DNA of 45,922 nucleotides, from NCBI GenBank assembly GCA_021432655.1, contig MU271526.1:1-45922 (forward strand), written 5' to 3'. Source of the DNA: Atractiella rhizophila. Lineage: Eukaryota. The position numbers and the translations under genes were made by a program. This document shows positions 1-11,416 of the stretch, piece by piece. Positions within the stretch are counted from its first letter, which is position 1; every line of letters begins with the position of its first letter. Under the pieces are notes generated by a model. That model saw only the letters and a program-made list of their open reading frames with translations, was not told the origin of the DNA and did not search any database.

Positions 1-1100
1 GACGTGTCTGCTACTCTCGCTCTCAGCCAGTAATGAAAGAGTTGAGTTGATGCTCCTCTCCAACCGCGAGCGTGAGGAACTCATGATGCAAGCAGGGTTA
101 CACGCTGCCCCCACACCGCCTCAAAGAAATCCCTCAAAAAAATCCCTCAAGTTCTCCCAAGCGAATCAAAATCTTCATTCACATCAGACCTGCCATCTGC
201 TTCCTGGCGTGAGCCAGTCCTCATATGAGCCTGTGTCCAGAGCAAGTAACGCGCGTCATCATCGTGACCTGCATTTAGCCGACACTTCGAATAACAATAA
301 ATTTATTCTGCTCATTTTCGCCCACACGAACCGACAGAGTGACTTTGACGTTTTTACATCCGATTTTCATCTATTTTGACAGATTTTGGTCGCACTCCAT
401 CCAATCATTCGACTTCTTTCATCCTTTCAGGACCCCGCTAGACGCTTTCACTTCCTCCCGTGGTTCCTTTGTATCAGTGTTCAGTCAACTCCACAACAAT
501 GTTACTCATCTTGGCATAGGTGTTGGCGTGCCTCCTAAAAACCCACATAGATCCATGCGCGAATTTCGCCTCAGGCTCTGGACCTTGTTTTCCCCTTGTC
601 GGTGTAACGAGTCGAAATTGGCAGCAGACTGTAGCTAGAGGAGCACGCTTAGGATGGAACAACACGGGCCGCGCTCGCAAGTCGTGCTTCCTTCCGAAAT
701 CTTCTTCGCTCCAATTTCTGCCCCTGCCCCTTCCAAGTTCTGGCCTCGGCCCTGCCTGACGCGGTGAAACCGCCTTTGTGCTGACGTTGCCGGCTTTTTT
801 TGCTCACTCTTCGACGAATACGGCAACCTGTTGATTGGTTTCGATTGAGTTTGAACTGGAGTGACTTGGATGGAAGTCATGGAAGCCATGGAAAGGCCAG
901 TTTGTGACCTTGTCCTGACACACGGTTCATAAATACCGCCTCTCTTCAACCCTTCCATCCATGGTCCATCTTCGCTCTTGCTAGTTTCTCTGCTTCCTAA
1001 TAAACAGCTCGAGATCTTTATTACCCACTTCAGCTCACAAAGCACGCCCTCTTTCCACACTTTTCCAACCTTATTATCAAAGACAATTTCGATAGCCACA

Positions 1101-4100
1101 ATGTCAGATCCTGAAAGGGATTCACCTGTGGACGAGAAGAACACTGAGATTGAGAATGCGAAACACACTCAGGGTCCCTCGGAAGTAGAGAAGGAGACTA
1201 TTGAGGACGAGAAGAAACCTGCAGAAGAGAAGAAGCGGAGGTTCGACGTGAGTTTCCACTCAACACGTCCCTTCCACCTTCTTTTGGCGGACTTAAAATT
1301 CATGATTTTTCCATTGCAAACAGAAAACGTTTGAGAGTAAAGAAAAAGGTCCCAAGCACACTCTTATCGATATATCGCGGATCGAGCTGAAGGCTGAGGA
1401 CTTGTACGATAAGGAAAAGGTTGATTTGGAGCAGGTGGGGATGGATGACGTGTGGCAGTTGCTCCAGTGAGTTTGCGTTCATCATTCTTTTCGCAAGAAA
1501 TGGGAATGGGGGAGTGATTTTTGGCCTTGGTCATTGTTGGTCAACGTGGTCATGATGATTTCCCTTTTTGTGTTCAGATGCGACGAGAAGGGATTGACGA
1601 ACGAGGAGGTCAAACGTCGAACCGAAATCTTCGGACCAAATGAGCTGGAGTCGAAGGAACAGAACCCTTTCCCTCCAGTTCCTTTCATTCATGTGGAACC
1701 CTCTCTCCTGGGTCATGGAGGGAGCCGCTTTAGTCGCCATCGCTCTCTCGAACGGTGGAGGTAGCGCTCCGGATTGGCAAGACTTCGTCGGAATTGTCCT
1801 CCTCCTTTTCGTTAACTCAACCATCGGTTTCTACGAAGAACGCTCCCCCCGGAGCGCTGTCAAAGCTCTCATGGAATCTTTGGCTCCTAAGGCGAAGGCG
1901 AAGAGGAACGGCGAGTGGAACGAAATCGAGGCTTCTGAGCTCGTACCTGGAGACGTTGTTTCCTTCAAAAGCGGTGACATTGTCCCCGCTGACTGCCGTC
2001 TATACGATGCCATCGAGGTGTCTTGCGACCAAGCTGCTTTGACCGGTGAATCTCTTCCCTCCAACAAGGTAGCCGGAGACCAGTGTTTCTCCAGATCCGT
2101 CTGCAAGTCTGGAGAGGCTGAAGGTGTCGTCATCTCGACCGGTGCCAACACTTTCTTTGTTAGTCTTTCCTTGCTCACTTTACTCATTTACTGAGTTATT
2201 CTGTAATGAATAGGGAAAGGCAGCCACTCTTGTCGGAGCAGATGATGATACCACAGGGCATCTTCAGAAGATTCTTGGTCAAATTGGATCTTTCTGCTTG
2301 GTTTCGATTGGAATTTTCGTCATCGCCGAAATTTTCGTGCTTTACGCTGGTTTCCGGTTAGCAGTCTGATCCCCCAATCGAGAATAGTTTCTAAAATGTC
2401 GTGCAGCTACTCTTACCGCCGCGGTCTCAACAACATTCTCGTCCTCTTGATCGGTGGTATTCCCATCGCCATGCCCACTGTCTTGTCTGTCACGCTCGCC
2501 GTCGGAGCTCAGCAGCTCGCGAAGTACAAGGCGATTGTAACCCGTATCACTGCTATTGAGGAGTTGGCTGGTGTCACCATCCTTTGTTCCGACAAGACTG
2601 GTACGCTCACCACCAACAAACTGACCATCGATCGTTCGACCATCAAGCCCTACAACGGTTATAGTGCCGACGAGGTCATTCTCCACGCAGCTTACGCTTC
2701 GCGAACTGAGAACCAAGATGCCATCGATATGTCGACCATTAGCGCATTGGGTGAAAATGGAACCGCCAAGGCTCGTGAAGGTATCACTCTTCTCGACTTC
2801 AAGCCCTTTAACCCTGTTGACAAGCGAACGGAAATCACCTACATGATTAACGAGTCCGGAAAGGTGATGAGAGCCACGAAAGGAATGACTGGAAAGATTA
2901 TCGGACTTTGCACTAGGAACAAGACGGAGGATGTCGAGAATCAACTCGAGGAAGACGTCGAGGAATTTGCTCGCCGTGGTCTTCGTGCTCTCGCTGTCGC
3001 CATTGAGGAAGTCACCTCTGGAGTTAAGGATGGAGAAGGAAACGGATTGGAGCTCATCGGTCTACTCTCCATCTTTGATCCTCCTCGTCAAGATACCAAG
3101 CAAACCATCGATGATGCTCTTGCTCTCGGAGTCAAGGTCAAGATGGTTACCGGTGATCAGCTCGCTATCGCGAAGGAAATTGGCCGTCGTCTCGGATTGG
3201 GTGACCACATGTACCCCGCCAAAGTGCTCAAGGAAGGACCTCCTGCTGGTGGAAAGCATATGAACTTGGACGATATGATTCTCGATGCCGATGGATTCGC
3301 TGGTGTCGACCCTGAACACAAATACGAAATCGTCAAGCGTCTTCAAGGTCTCGGATATCTCTGCGCCATGACTGGTGACGGAGCTAACGATGCGCCTGCC
3401 CTCTCTCGTGCTAATGTCGGTATCGCTGTTGAAGGTGCCACTGACGCCGCGAGAGGCGCTGCCGATATTGTCTTGACGGAACCTGGTCTGTCCACCATTG
3501 TTCACGCTATCAGGCAATCACGTATCATCTTCCAACGTATGAGGAACTACTCCATCTACGCTTGCGCTGTCACCATCCGTATCGTTCTTGGTTTCTCCGT
3601 CATGGCTTTCGCTTTCAGGTTCGATTTCCCTCCGTTCATGGTCTTGATCATCGCTCTTCTCAACGACGGTACCATCATGACTCTCTCCCTCGGTAAGATT
3701 GCTTCACGTTTATCGTTTCCACCTGTGCTGAGGCCGGTGATGTAGATCGTGTGCTGCCTTCTAACGAGCCTGATCACTGGGATCTAGCCGAGATTTTCGC
3801 TCAAGCCATCGGCTATGGTATCTACCTCTCAGTCTGTACCATTGTCCTTTACGTCGTTGTCATCAAGACCAGCTGGTTCGAGGATACCTTCGGTGTTAAC
3901 CCTGTCAAGGGCGAGAACAACCCCGACGTGTAAGTCGACTGGTTCGGTTTTGTGACATTCGCTGATGAATTGCCAGTCACATGATCATCTATCTTGAAGT
4001 CGCTCAAATCTCCCAAGCTTTAATCTTCATCACTCGATCTCACGGATTCTTCTTCATGGAGCGCCCATCTTTCGCCCTCCTCGGAGCTTTCGGCAATGCC

Positions 4101-4523
4101 CAATTGATCTCATCCATCATTGCCGCTTACGGTGACTGGGGATTCACTGACATCCGCTCCATCTCCGCAGGCTGGATTGGTATTGTCTGGGTCTGGAACA
4201 TCGTTTGGTTCTTCCCTCTCGACCTGATCAAATTTGCCATGAAGCACGCGATCAGGGCTTATCAGGCTCGCGCAAGGCCCGATCATACCAGTCCCATCGA
4301 CCCCGACACTGGTATTCCTCTCACCAGGACCACTTCGAGGGCCGCGTCCATCAACGCCAGCTTGTACTCAAACAGAACAGGTTTCCTCAGGAAGGCCAAA
4401 AAGACGCTTCACCTCGGTGGCAGGAAGCTCAAGATCTCGGACAACGAGCTCCGCCGCTTCTCAAGCCACCAGGCTCAAGTCGCTGGAGCGGCTCTCACCG
4501 GCTCTGGCTCTCGCTCGAATTAG
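1101..4523 (+). CDS. PMA1: Plasma-membrane P3A H+-ATPase, 7 exons (1101-1247, 1324-1466, 1578-2158, 2214-2356, 2407-3692, 3746-3929, 3977-4523); apparent extra C at 1671-1673
   Basis: Motifs [57 protein letters not shown] introns join the ORF pieces in frame except for the +1 shift in [18 protein letters not shown]. Confidence 0.96.
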
Positions 4524-5177
4524 TTGATGACGGGCAGGAAGTGGGGTTCATTTTACTTTGTCTGAAGTACGTTTTCACTTGGATTCTTCTTGTGAACTCC
4601 TGCATACCACTTCGTCCTTTCTTCTCGTGTCAAACTCCAGCTTGTCTCCAACTTCGTCGCTTTCGTTCACCTTCTGAGCCTCACACCATTCCTCGACATC
4701 CCTTTCATGATTCGACACGCATGTTTTCTCAATGATTTATTAACGTTTTGCTTCAACCTCCTCATCCGACCCGTTTAGTCCAATTCTTGCGAACCATGCC
4801 CGTCTAGCTTCCTTTGCAGTTTGTTCTGACTGTATGCGTAAAAACCAAAGCGAGCTCGCGGCAATAATCGTACAATCGCATCGATTAACACACACGGAAC
4901 GCACCAATAGTCTTAGAGCCCCTGAAAACTCTTTTTGTGAGTGTTAGATGGGACGATCACTGCCTTTCGCGCAATTCTTGGATATACAGCATCTTGTTCC
5001 AATTGCCTTGGATAACTCGATTTGAGAAAGATTGGATAAAAGATAAATCACTGTGTCTTGCTCGATAACTCTCAACACAATCTACAATCTATAGCTCTAG
5101 TGGACAAGTGTAATCCCTCACCAGGATATATGGGATCGTAGTTGAAACTTATCATGAGGCATTCTGGGCTTCCGATG

Positions 5178-5253
5178 TCACAGTAGCGTAAACCAGACAC
5201 AAAATTATGTATCACAGTAGCGTAAACCAGACACAAAATTATGTATCACAGTA
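5178..5253. repeat. Perfect 34-bp tandem duplication (2.2 copies)
   Basis: tcacagtagcgtaaaccagacacaaaattatgta at 5178 and 5212, partial third copy at 5246. Confidence 0.95.
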
Positions 5254-5474
5254 TGTTCAACTGAATAGTTAATGTTTTGCCATATATTTTGAGCGCGAGA
5301 AGAGATGAGGGCAGAACAAGAGGTGGACTAAATGCAGGAATTAAGACATCGTAGGATATGATCAGTTTCATTCTGTGATGCAACTTGTATTGCGTCGCGT
5401 TTACGCTTACTTGTCGAGGTGAGTGGAAGTGCATGAATTGTCCTTAAAACAAACGAAGCACAATACATTGGCAT

Positions 5475-7739
5475 CTACAGCTCAGGTAACGGAGGTCTTC
5501 CTGCAACTTGGTGATGTGAAGGATATGGATAAGAGTCCACCGAAGGCCTAGGTCCGCCTGCTCCAGCACTTTGCTGTTGGTATTCGCTCACAGGAGCACT
5601 CCTATAGCTGACAGTTGCACTGGATGCTCCTCCTGTTGCCGGAGTCGTCGCCGGCTGACCGCTTCCCTGGCCTTGTCCCGCCCACGCGTTCGAATCGGCG
5701 CGTGTCCTGACTTGGATGGGAGGCGTCGCATGCGTCGCGTGCATGTGCGGCGGAAAGTAGGGATATCCACCAACAGAGGGGCTGGACAGGTCGTGGTATT
5801 CGTGATTCTTTGCTACTTGTCCAGTGGCTGACGGGGTAGGTTGCTGTAGCACTTGTGAAGGCACCGGGTATGCCATCCCTTGCGGTGGAGGCATTGTGAC
5901 GGCGTTCACGACCATTGGACGTGCTTGAGAAGGCGCAGTGAACTGATCAGGATACGGAGAGGGTATCGGCTGGGTGGCTGGCCGCGGAGCTACAGCTTCA
6001 GGTGTAGGAGGTAGGTGGCGGATCGTGGAAGGTGCCGGTTGGGAGTGGGGAGGGATTTGAGGTTGAGGATTCGATTGAGGCGTCATTGAAGGTTTCAACT
6101 GCGACTGAAGGGCTTGGGCAGCAGGCTCGGTGCGAGAATGAAAGGGAGGCTGCGGGTTCGGTTGGGGAGGTGGTTGACGCACAGCTTGGGAATGTGACTG
6201 TTGACGATGTGGTTGTGCTTGAGCGTGAGGGTGGTTAGGTTGTGCTTGTGAGAGGGGAACAGGTGGAGCAGAATGAGGGGTCATCGTCACCGCTGTCGAC
6301 TGATTAGGCGCCACAGCAAACAAGAATCAAAAACTCACAATCGTTTGTGGATCCTGAATTCGGATGAGAGGTGTTGACATTCATGCTACTATGGCTACTC
6401 CCATCTCCCCCGGCCAAAGCAAACGAGCTTCCATAAGCAGCATCACGATTTAAAATGCCATATGGATTTCCTGCATCGCTGAGCGGGAGTTCAACCGCGT
6501 CCATATTCCCATTGGAGTAGTTCGCATATCCACTCCCACTCCCGCTCTCATAGCTGCCACCCGAATGATAAGAATCCAAAGATGGTCGTCCATCCAATAC
6601 TTCGTCGTATAGTCGACCACCGTTCAGCCCAAATTCGTCAATCGGGGCCAGTCCTTGCAGTCGCAGCTGGCTCTCAGATTCTAACCTTTGACGGTTCCGG
6701 CTCGCTAACGACTCCAGACGGGCTACAGTCTCGTTGGGAGGCGGAGCTTGATTTGCCATCACCATCCCTATGGAAGGTACGGGAGTGGCTCCTGGCTCAT
6801 GCTCTTGAATTGGAGGGGAGCCCGCGCCGGTGAGACATTCCGTTTCGTCGTCTAAACACTCCGGATCTGCTAGTCCGACCATATTCTTCTTCTTCCTCGA
6901 AGTCTGCCGCTTTTTCTCCGCCATATCCTTCTCGTCTTGACGAGCGGCTTGATAACCCATCAAAGCGGCAATGGGACGTGAGAAGGCGGAGGACTTTTCG
7001 GAAAAGGAAGAGGAGGGAAAGGATCGTCGACGACGCCGCAGATAGAGGAAGAGAAGGACAAGGAAGAGAATGGAGACGAAGGCTAGGACGCCAAGAACGA
7101 TCCCTGCAATTGCGCCGGGAGTTAGACCCTTGGGAACGGAGCCGAGAAGCTCTGGACAAAATGTTTCGCAGATTCTGGACTCGGCGTCAACACGGTCATA
7201 ACAGGAGGGAAAGACGAACACGAAATAATCCAAAGTTAGGATACCAGAATTACCCCCAGTGTTCACAATTGTGATCGTGTGCTCCTTCATGGGATCTAGG
7301 TTGGACGCCTCGAAAAGCTTCACTTGTCCGACATAATCGTTGGAAAATGTGTGAAGAATGGTTGGATCACCATCAAGGAAAACATTGGAGAGGGAACGTG
7401 ACATATTAGTTGAGCCATAATAGAAGACCGCAGAGCCTGTGGTCTATCGTTCAACATCTTCTACGCATGCAGGAGGAGGACAGACCGTTGAATTTGAGTG
7501 TTGCTGTTGCCCCAGCGAGGAAGCTGTTGCGATTATTCTCTCAGTACGTGATAAGCGTGAGCAGGTAAGAACACCAACGTGGAAGTAAGGGTGTTGTTGA
7601 AGCTCTTTTGGTCTGTTGTAGGGACCCAAGCACCCTGAGGCTCGTAATCAATCCTCGGGTCTGTATCGTCAATAGATGTCGAGTCGGCGCGTGCACAAGG
7701 CAAGAGGGCTAAACAAAGCGCGAGAAGCTGCAACGCCAT
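5475..7739 (-). CDS. Type I single-pass membrane protein: signal peptide, extracellular beta-sandwich-like domain, TM helix, long Pro/Gln/Ser-rich cytoplasmic tail
   Basis: MALQLLALCLALLPCARA signal. Spliced IDDTDPRIDY..W..TLTSTFLAGATATLKFNGSAVFYYG..HTITIVN..LTLDYFV. TM GAIAGIVLGVLAFVSILFLVLLFLYL followed by RRRRR. Introns at 7578-7524, ~7485-7438, 7219-7175 and ~6338-6302. The start could lie at an upstream ATG. Confidence 0.8.
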
Positions 7740-8666
7740 CCGCCGCCTGCCCGTATTCTTGGAGACAGTCCAAAGCATCTTCCCACGACCATTCCTCGAC
7801 CGAAGCGAAAGGTTGAAAGGCGGAGAGGATTCCATGGTGAAGTAGCGGTTCGGAAAACTGTTGCGGAGGGGGCGAGGGAGCTGTGCCAGAAGCTTCGCCA
7901 CTAGTTCTACTCTTCCGAGTTATAGTGTCTTGGAAAGATTGAATGTTTATGAGTCCTAGACACGACGAAAGTGATCCACAGACGGTCCGGACTTGACCTT
8001 GCCAGTGAGTGTTAAATTGCCTCGGCGTTTGGGCCCTGGAGGAATGGGATGATCAACTAGCCTGGACAGGAGTAGGGCACGCAGGAGCAAGGGCGGAGGG
8101 GATGGCCGTTTGAGAGAGCTTTGGTATTGGTGGAGCATAAGGGCATGAGCAGTGCGAGCGAGGCGATGCGAAATTTGGGATTCGGAACCGAGCGGGTCGC
8201 ATTTCGCTCGTCGAGAGACATTGCCAGCAGATTGCATCAGACAGGACTTGCAGTTCTTTTATAATGAGGTGTGCCTTCAGTAGACGCGGGACTCATCATT
8301 TGCCAGCTGTCTTCATGTTACTAATTTCTTCCAATGTCAATGGAAAAAGGTCGTTTTCGTGGCGCTGGCTACGCTGCCATGAAGCTTGAGGAAATGTCCA
8401 TTGGAATGCTGCACTGGTTGCTTGTTGCTCAAACGAAACCGATTCTACATATGTCTCGACCATCCACAAACTGGAATCGGAAAGTATCAAAGAACGTTCA
8501 CGCCAACTACCCAAAGTATTTGATTATTATTTAAATTGAACGAAGACAGGGATTAGCCGTGCTTTAAATGTCCTTGCTGAAGCAAACCAAAGGGAATATG
8601 GAAAAAAAGGAACGCAATCTATTGTTTCTGACTTCCGGTTTCGTTCACTCTACTGGGTTGGAGGAA

Positions 8667-10522
8667 TTAGAGAAGATCTCCCTTCCCAGCTTCCTTGCAC
8701 CTAGCCACGAGTTTCTTCACTTCCTGGCTTCGAGCGTGAGAGGTGACGAGAACAGCATCAGGCGTGTCGACAACAACCTATTAGGCAAAGTCAGACAGGC
8801 TACTAATCATGAAATAGGCATCACATACCACATCATCAATTCCAAGAATGGCAATAGTCCTACCCGTGCAGGGAACGACGATACCACCAGCCACTTTCTC
8901 CGTAACGACAAGCCCATGATCACCAAGCACCCTCGGGCCTCCCTTCTCAGCTGGCAACATCTCAGCAAGAGAAGCATAGTCTCCCACATCGTCCCAACCG
9001 AACGTTGCTGGAACCACAGCAACTTTGCCCTCAGCAGCCGCAGGTTCGGCGACAGCGTTGTCGATTGCAATCTTAGGAAGGGTAGACCAGATGCTCTTGA
9101 AAGCCTCCGTCTTTTTGGAGGAAGAAAGAGACTTGTCCTCGAGGATGGCCGCTAGCCGAGTGAGACCAGAGTGGAGTTCAGGAGAGTATTTCTTGAGCAG
9201 ATCGAGCATGACAGTCGCCTTGCACACAAACATACCTTCGTCCTCCCATCAATCTACAATTCAAAAAGCACACAAGCAGGCTACGCACCAGCATTCCACC
9301 TATAATCTCCCCGAGCCAAATACTTAGACGCTGTCTTCGAATCCGGCTTTTCCTTGAATTGGAGAACTTGGCGTGCGGTGGGAGCCCCGTGGATCCCTAG
9401 CCGCTCTCCGATCTTGATGTAACCGAAACCAGTAGCTGGAGAGGACGGGGCAATCTGGGGCTCTTGTCAACGTGGCAACTTTGTGGACAGAGAGAACGTA
9501 CACCGATGGTGACAAGATGGCCCTCCCTCGCAGTTATGACAGCTTCTTCTACGGCATGCTCAAAGGCGTCCGCTCCAGAAATGAAATGATCAGCAGCAAA
9601 CGAGCCAAACACATTCTCGGGATCTGCGTACTCGTCAGTTTCGCTCAGAGGGCTATTAGTGAAAACAAACCTCGAAGGGCCAAAACGGCAGCGGCGAGAC
9701 CAATGGCAGCGGCAGACTCTTTCGCGCTGGGCTCGGTGAGGATGTTGTCAAGAAGAAGATCCGGAAGCTGGGATTGTACTGGTGAGGCGTGTCGGACCCC
9801 AGTGACGACCATGAGCCTCTCCTTGCCCGTCAAAGGTAGGAGACGATCTTCAGGAACATACATCAAAATGTAATTCTCACAACAAAGGTGAATAACATAC
9901 CCCAAGTGGCTTGAATAAGGGTTCTTCCCCTGCCAGTTAGGTCGAGCAAAAATTTGGGAAAGTCTGATCTGCTCAGCGGCCATAACCTCGTTCCGCTCCC
10001 TCCTGCGGGAACAACGGCCCAAAATTTGCTGATGTCGTGGGAGGGGCGGACCTGGAAGGCCCTCGTAGCTGGACTGGGAGGAGGTTGTAAGGAGAGAAGA
10101 GGTGGGTTAAGCAATTTGGGCATCTACTTCCAATCAGTCATCCCAATCGTGAAGGCATGAAACGGGACGAACATTGGGCCCCACAGCTGGTCCAACACGA
10201 GGAGAGGATTGAGGCGAGATCAAAGGTGTCCCCATCAACGGATTGAAGGAACCAGGAGGTGTAAGTCCTGTCGTAGACTGGGGAGAGACTGGGGACAGTG
10301 TTTGACCCCTATCGATGGGGACGGCATTCTGATTGAGGATCGCGTTGCTCAGCTGGCGCTCGAGATTGGCGTTGGAAGCTTTGAGCGCTGCAGTTTCAGC
10401 TCGAAGCGACGAGATGTCACTTTGCTGCGGGAATCATCAGGATGGACTGATTTGGGGGGAAAGGGCCTCACAGATTTTTCGAGCATAGAAATGATGGTCT
10501 GAAGCATGGCAGAGTCCGACAT
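8667..10522 (-). CDS. Mannose-1-phosphate guanylyltransferase (GDP-mannose pyrophosphorylase) of bacterial ManC/GMP type, ~8 exons, with N-terminal coiled-coil extension
   Basis: Spliced motifs PAGGSGTRLWPLSR..PKFLLDL, EPSAKESAAAI, AADH, TGFGYI, FKEKP, WNAGMF, IAIDNAVAE, WDDVG, VVVDTPDAVLV...GDLL*. Confidence 0.92.
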
Positions 10523-10835
10523 GTTGGGCTGGTCCTGGCTGATTTGAGGTCTGAGGCTGTTGGGAGGGCGTCGTCGTGGAAGGGGTCAAAGAACGTTGAG
10601 TCCGACTTGGCCTTATAAAAGAGGACGACGCATGCCTTTCACCCGGGGTTCCACTAACACTAAGAATTCATGCACGTCACCTAATGCGGGAATTCCTTCG
10701 GCGCACTCTGCAGCCTTCCATTGGGAGATATAGGTTCAACGGACTACAGTATGGACCCTGCCGTTGTCCGTATAAGGGGGCACGAGAGGTAAAGAGTGGA
10801 TTTGCAATTGATTTTTGATCAGATACTAGTATCCT

Positions 10836-11416
10836 TTACTTTCCGTTCTTCTCCAACTCGTTCAACTTTTGCTCCAACTCCTGAGTTTGGACCTTCTGCT
10901 CCTCCAACTTCTTTCTCAAGGCGGCAATCTGCTTCGCCTCCTGCACGCATTGGGAATCCATGTCAGCGCATCCTCAAACAGCATTACTACAGCAAAATCA
11001 CAGTTCCACTCGGTCATCCAGCTAGGGTGGATATAACAGTGGGCAACAGCGACATTTGACAGTCCCCGAACCAAAGCAGGAGAAGAGAACACGTACTTGG
11101 TCCCTGGCAAACTTGTTCTCCTCCGCCTGCTCCTTCTTGCTGAAGGTGCTAGAATGGGCGGTTGCACCTGTTCCAGGGCAAATGAGTAATAAAGGTAGCA
11201 CTACTCAAAAATCCTACCGGAGGAGCGACCGACGTGGTCATCAGGACCCCTGTGAAAGTTAGACCGTCACCTTCGGAGACAAAGAAGCGTACCTGGTAGA
11301 CACAGTCAAAACTCAGCATCCATCAGGGGAAGAACAAACCTTGGAGAAATAGAGGTGCTAAACATTCTTGGTAACCGCGAGAAGGTTCTGAGCGTTTGGG
11401 CACGGATGAGCGACAT
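10836..11416 (-). CDS. INH1: Mitochondrial F1Fo-ATPase inhibitor IF1 (94 aa), exons 11416-11340, 11249-11218, 11167-11097, 10940-10836
   Basis: Spliced product MSLIRAQTLRTFSRLPRMFSTSISPRGPDDHVGRSSGATAHSSTFSKKEQAEENKFARDQEAKQIAALRKKLEEQKVQTQELEQKLNELEKNGK. Arg/Ser-rich presequence, IF1 core F-x-K-K/R-E-x-A-x-E-x-x-F/Y-x-R, C-terminal coiled coil. All intron phases agree. Confidence 0.88.

Noticed and set aside
1..800. Short ORFs at the window start
   Set aside because: No recognisable domain or consistent splice structure; cannot support a gene call.
2342..3517. Long antisense ORFs opposite PMA1 (also opposite the GMP, LST2-like and TRM1 genes)
   Set aside because: Expected shadow ORFs from codon bias, with no recognisable motifs.
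5178..5253. CRISPR-like repeat
   Set aside because: Units are contiguous with no spacers, the context is eukaryotic and there are no cas genes.
11250..11339. Classical [D1,2]/[A2,3] stwintron
   Set aside because: Those share a single G at the internal junction (AGT). Here it is AG|GT, and a shared-G model would break the IF1 frame.
1101..11416. Functional cluster of PMA1 and INH1 (proton/ATP economy)
   Set aside because: Unrelated genes intervene and no shared regulatory motif was seen; likely chance.
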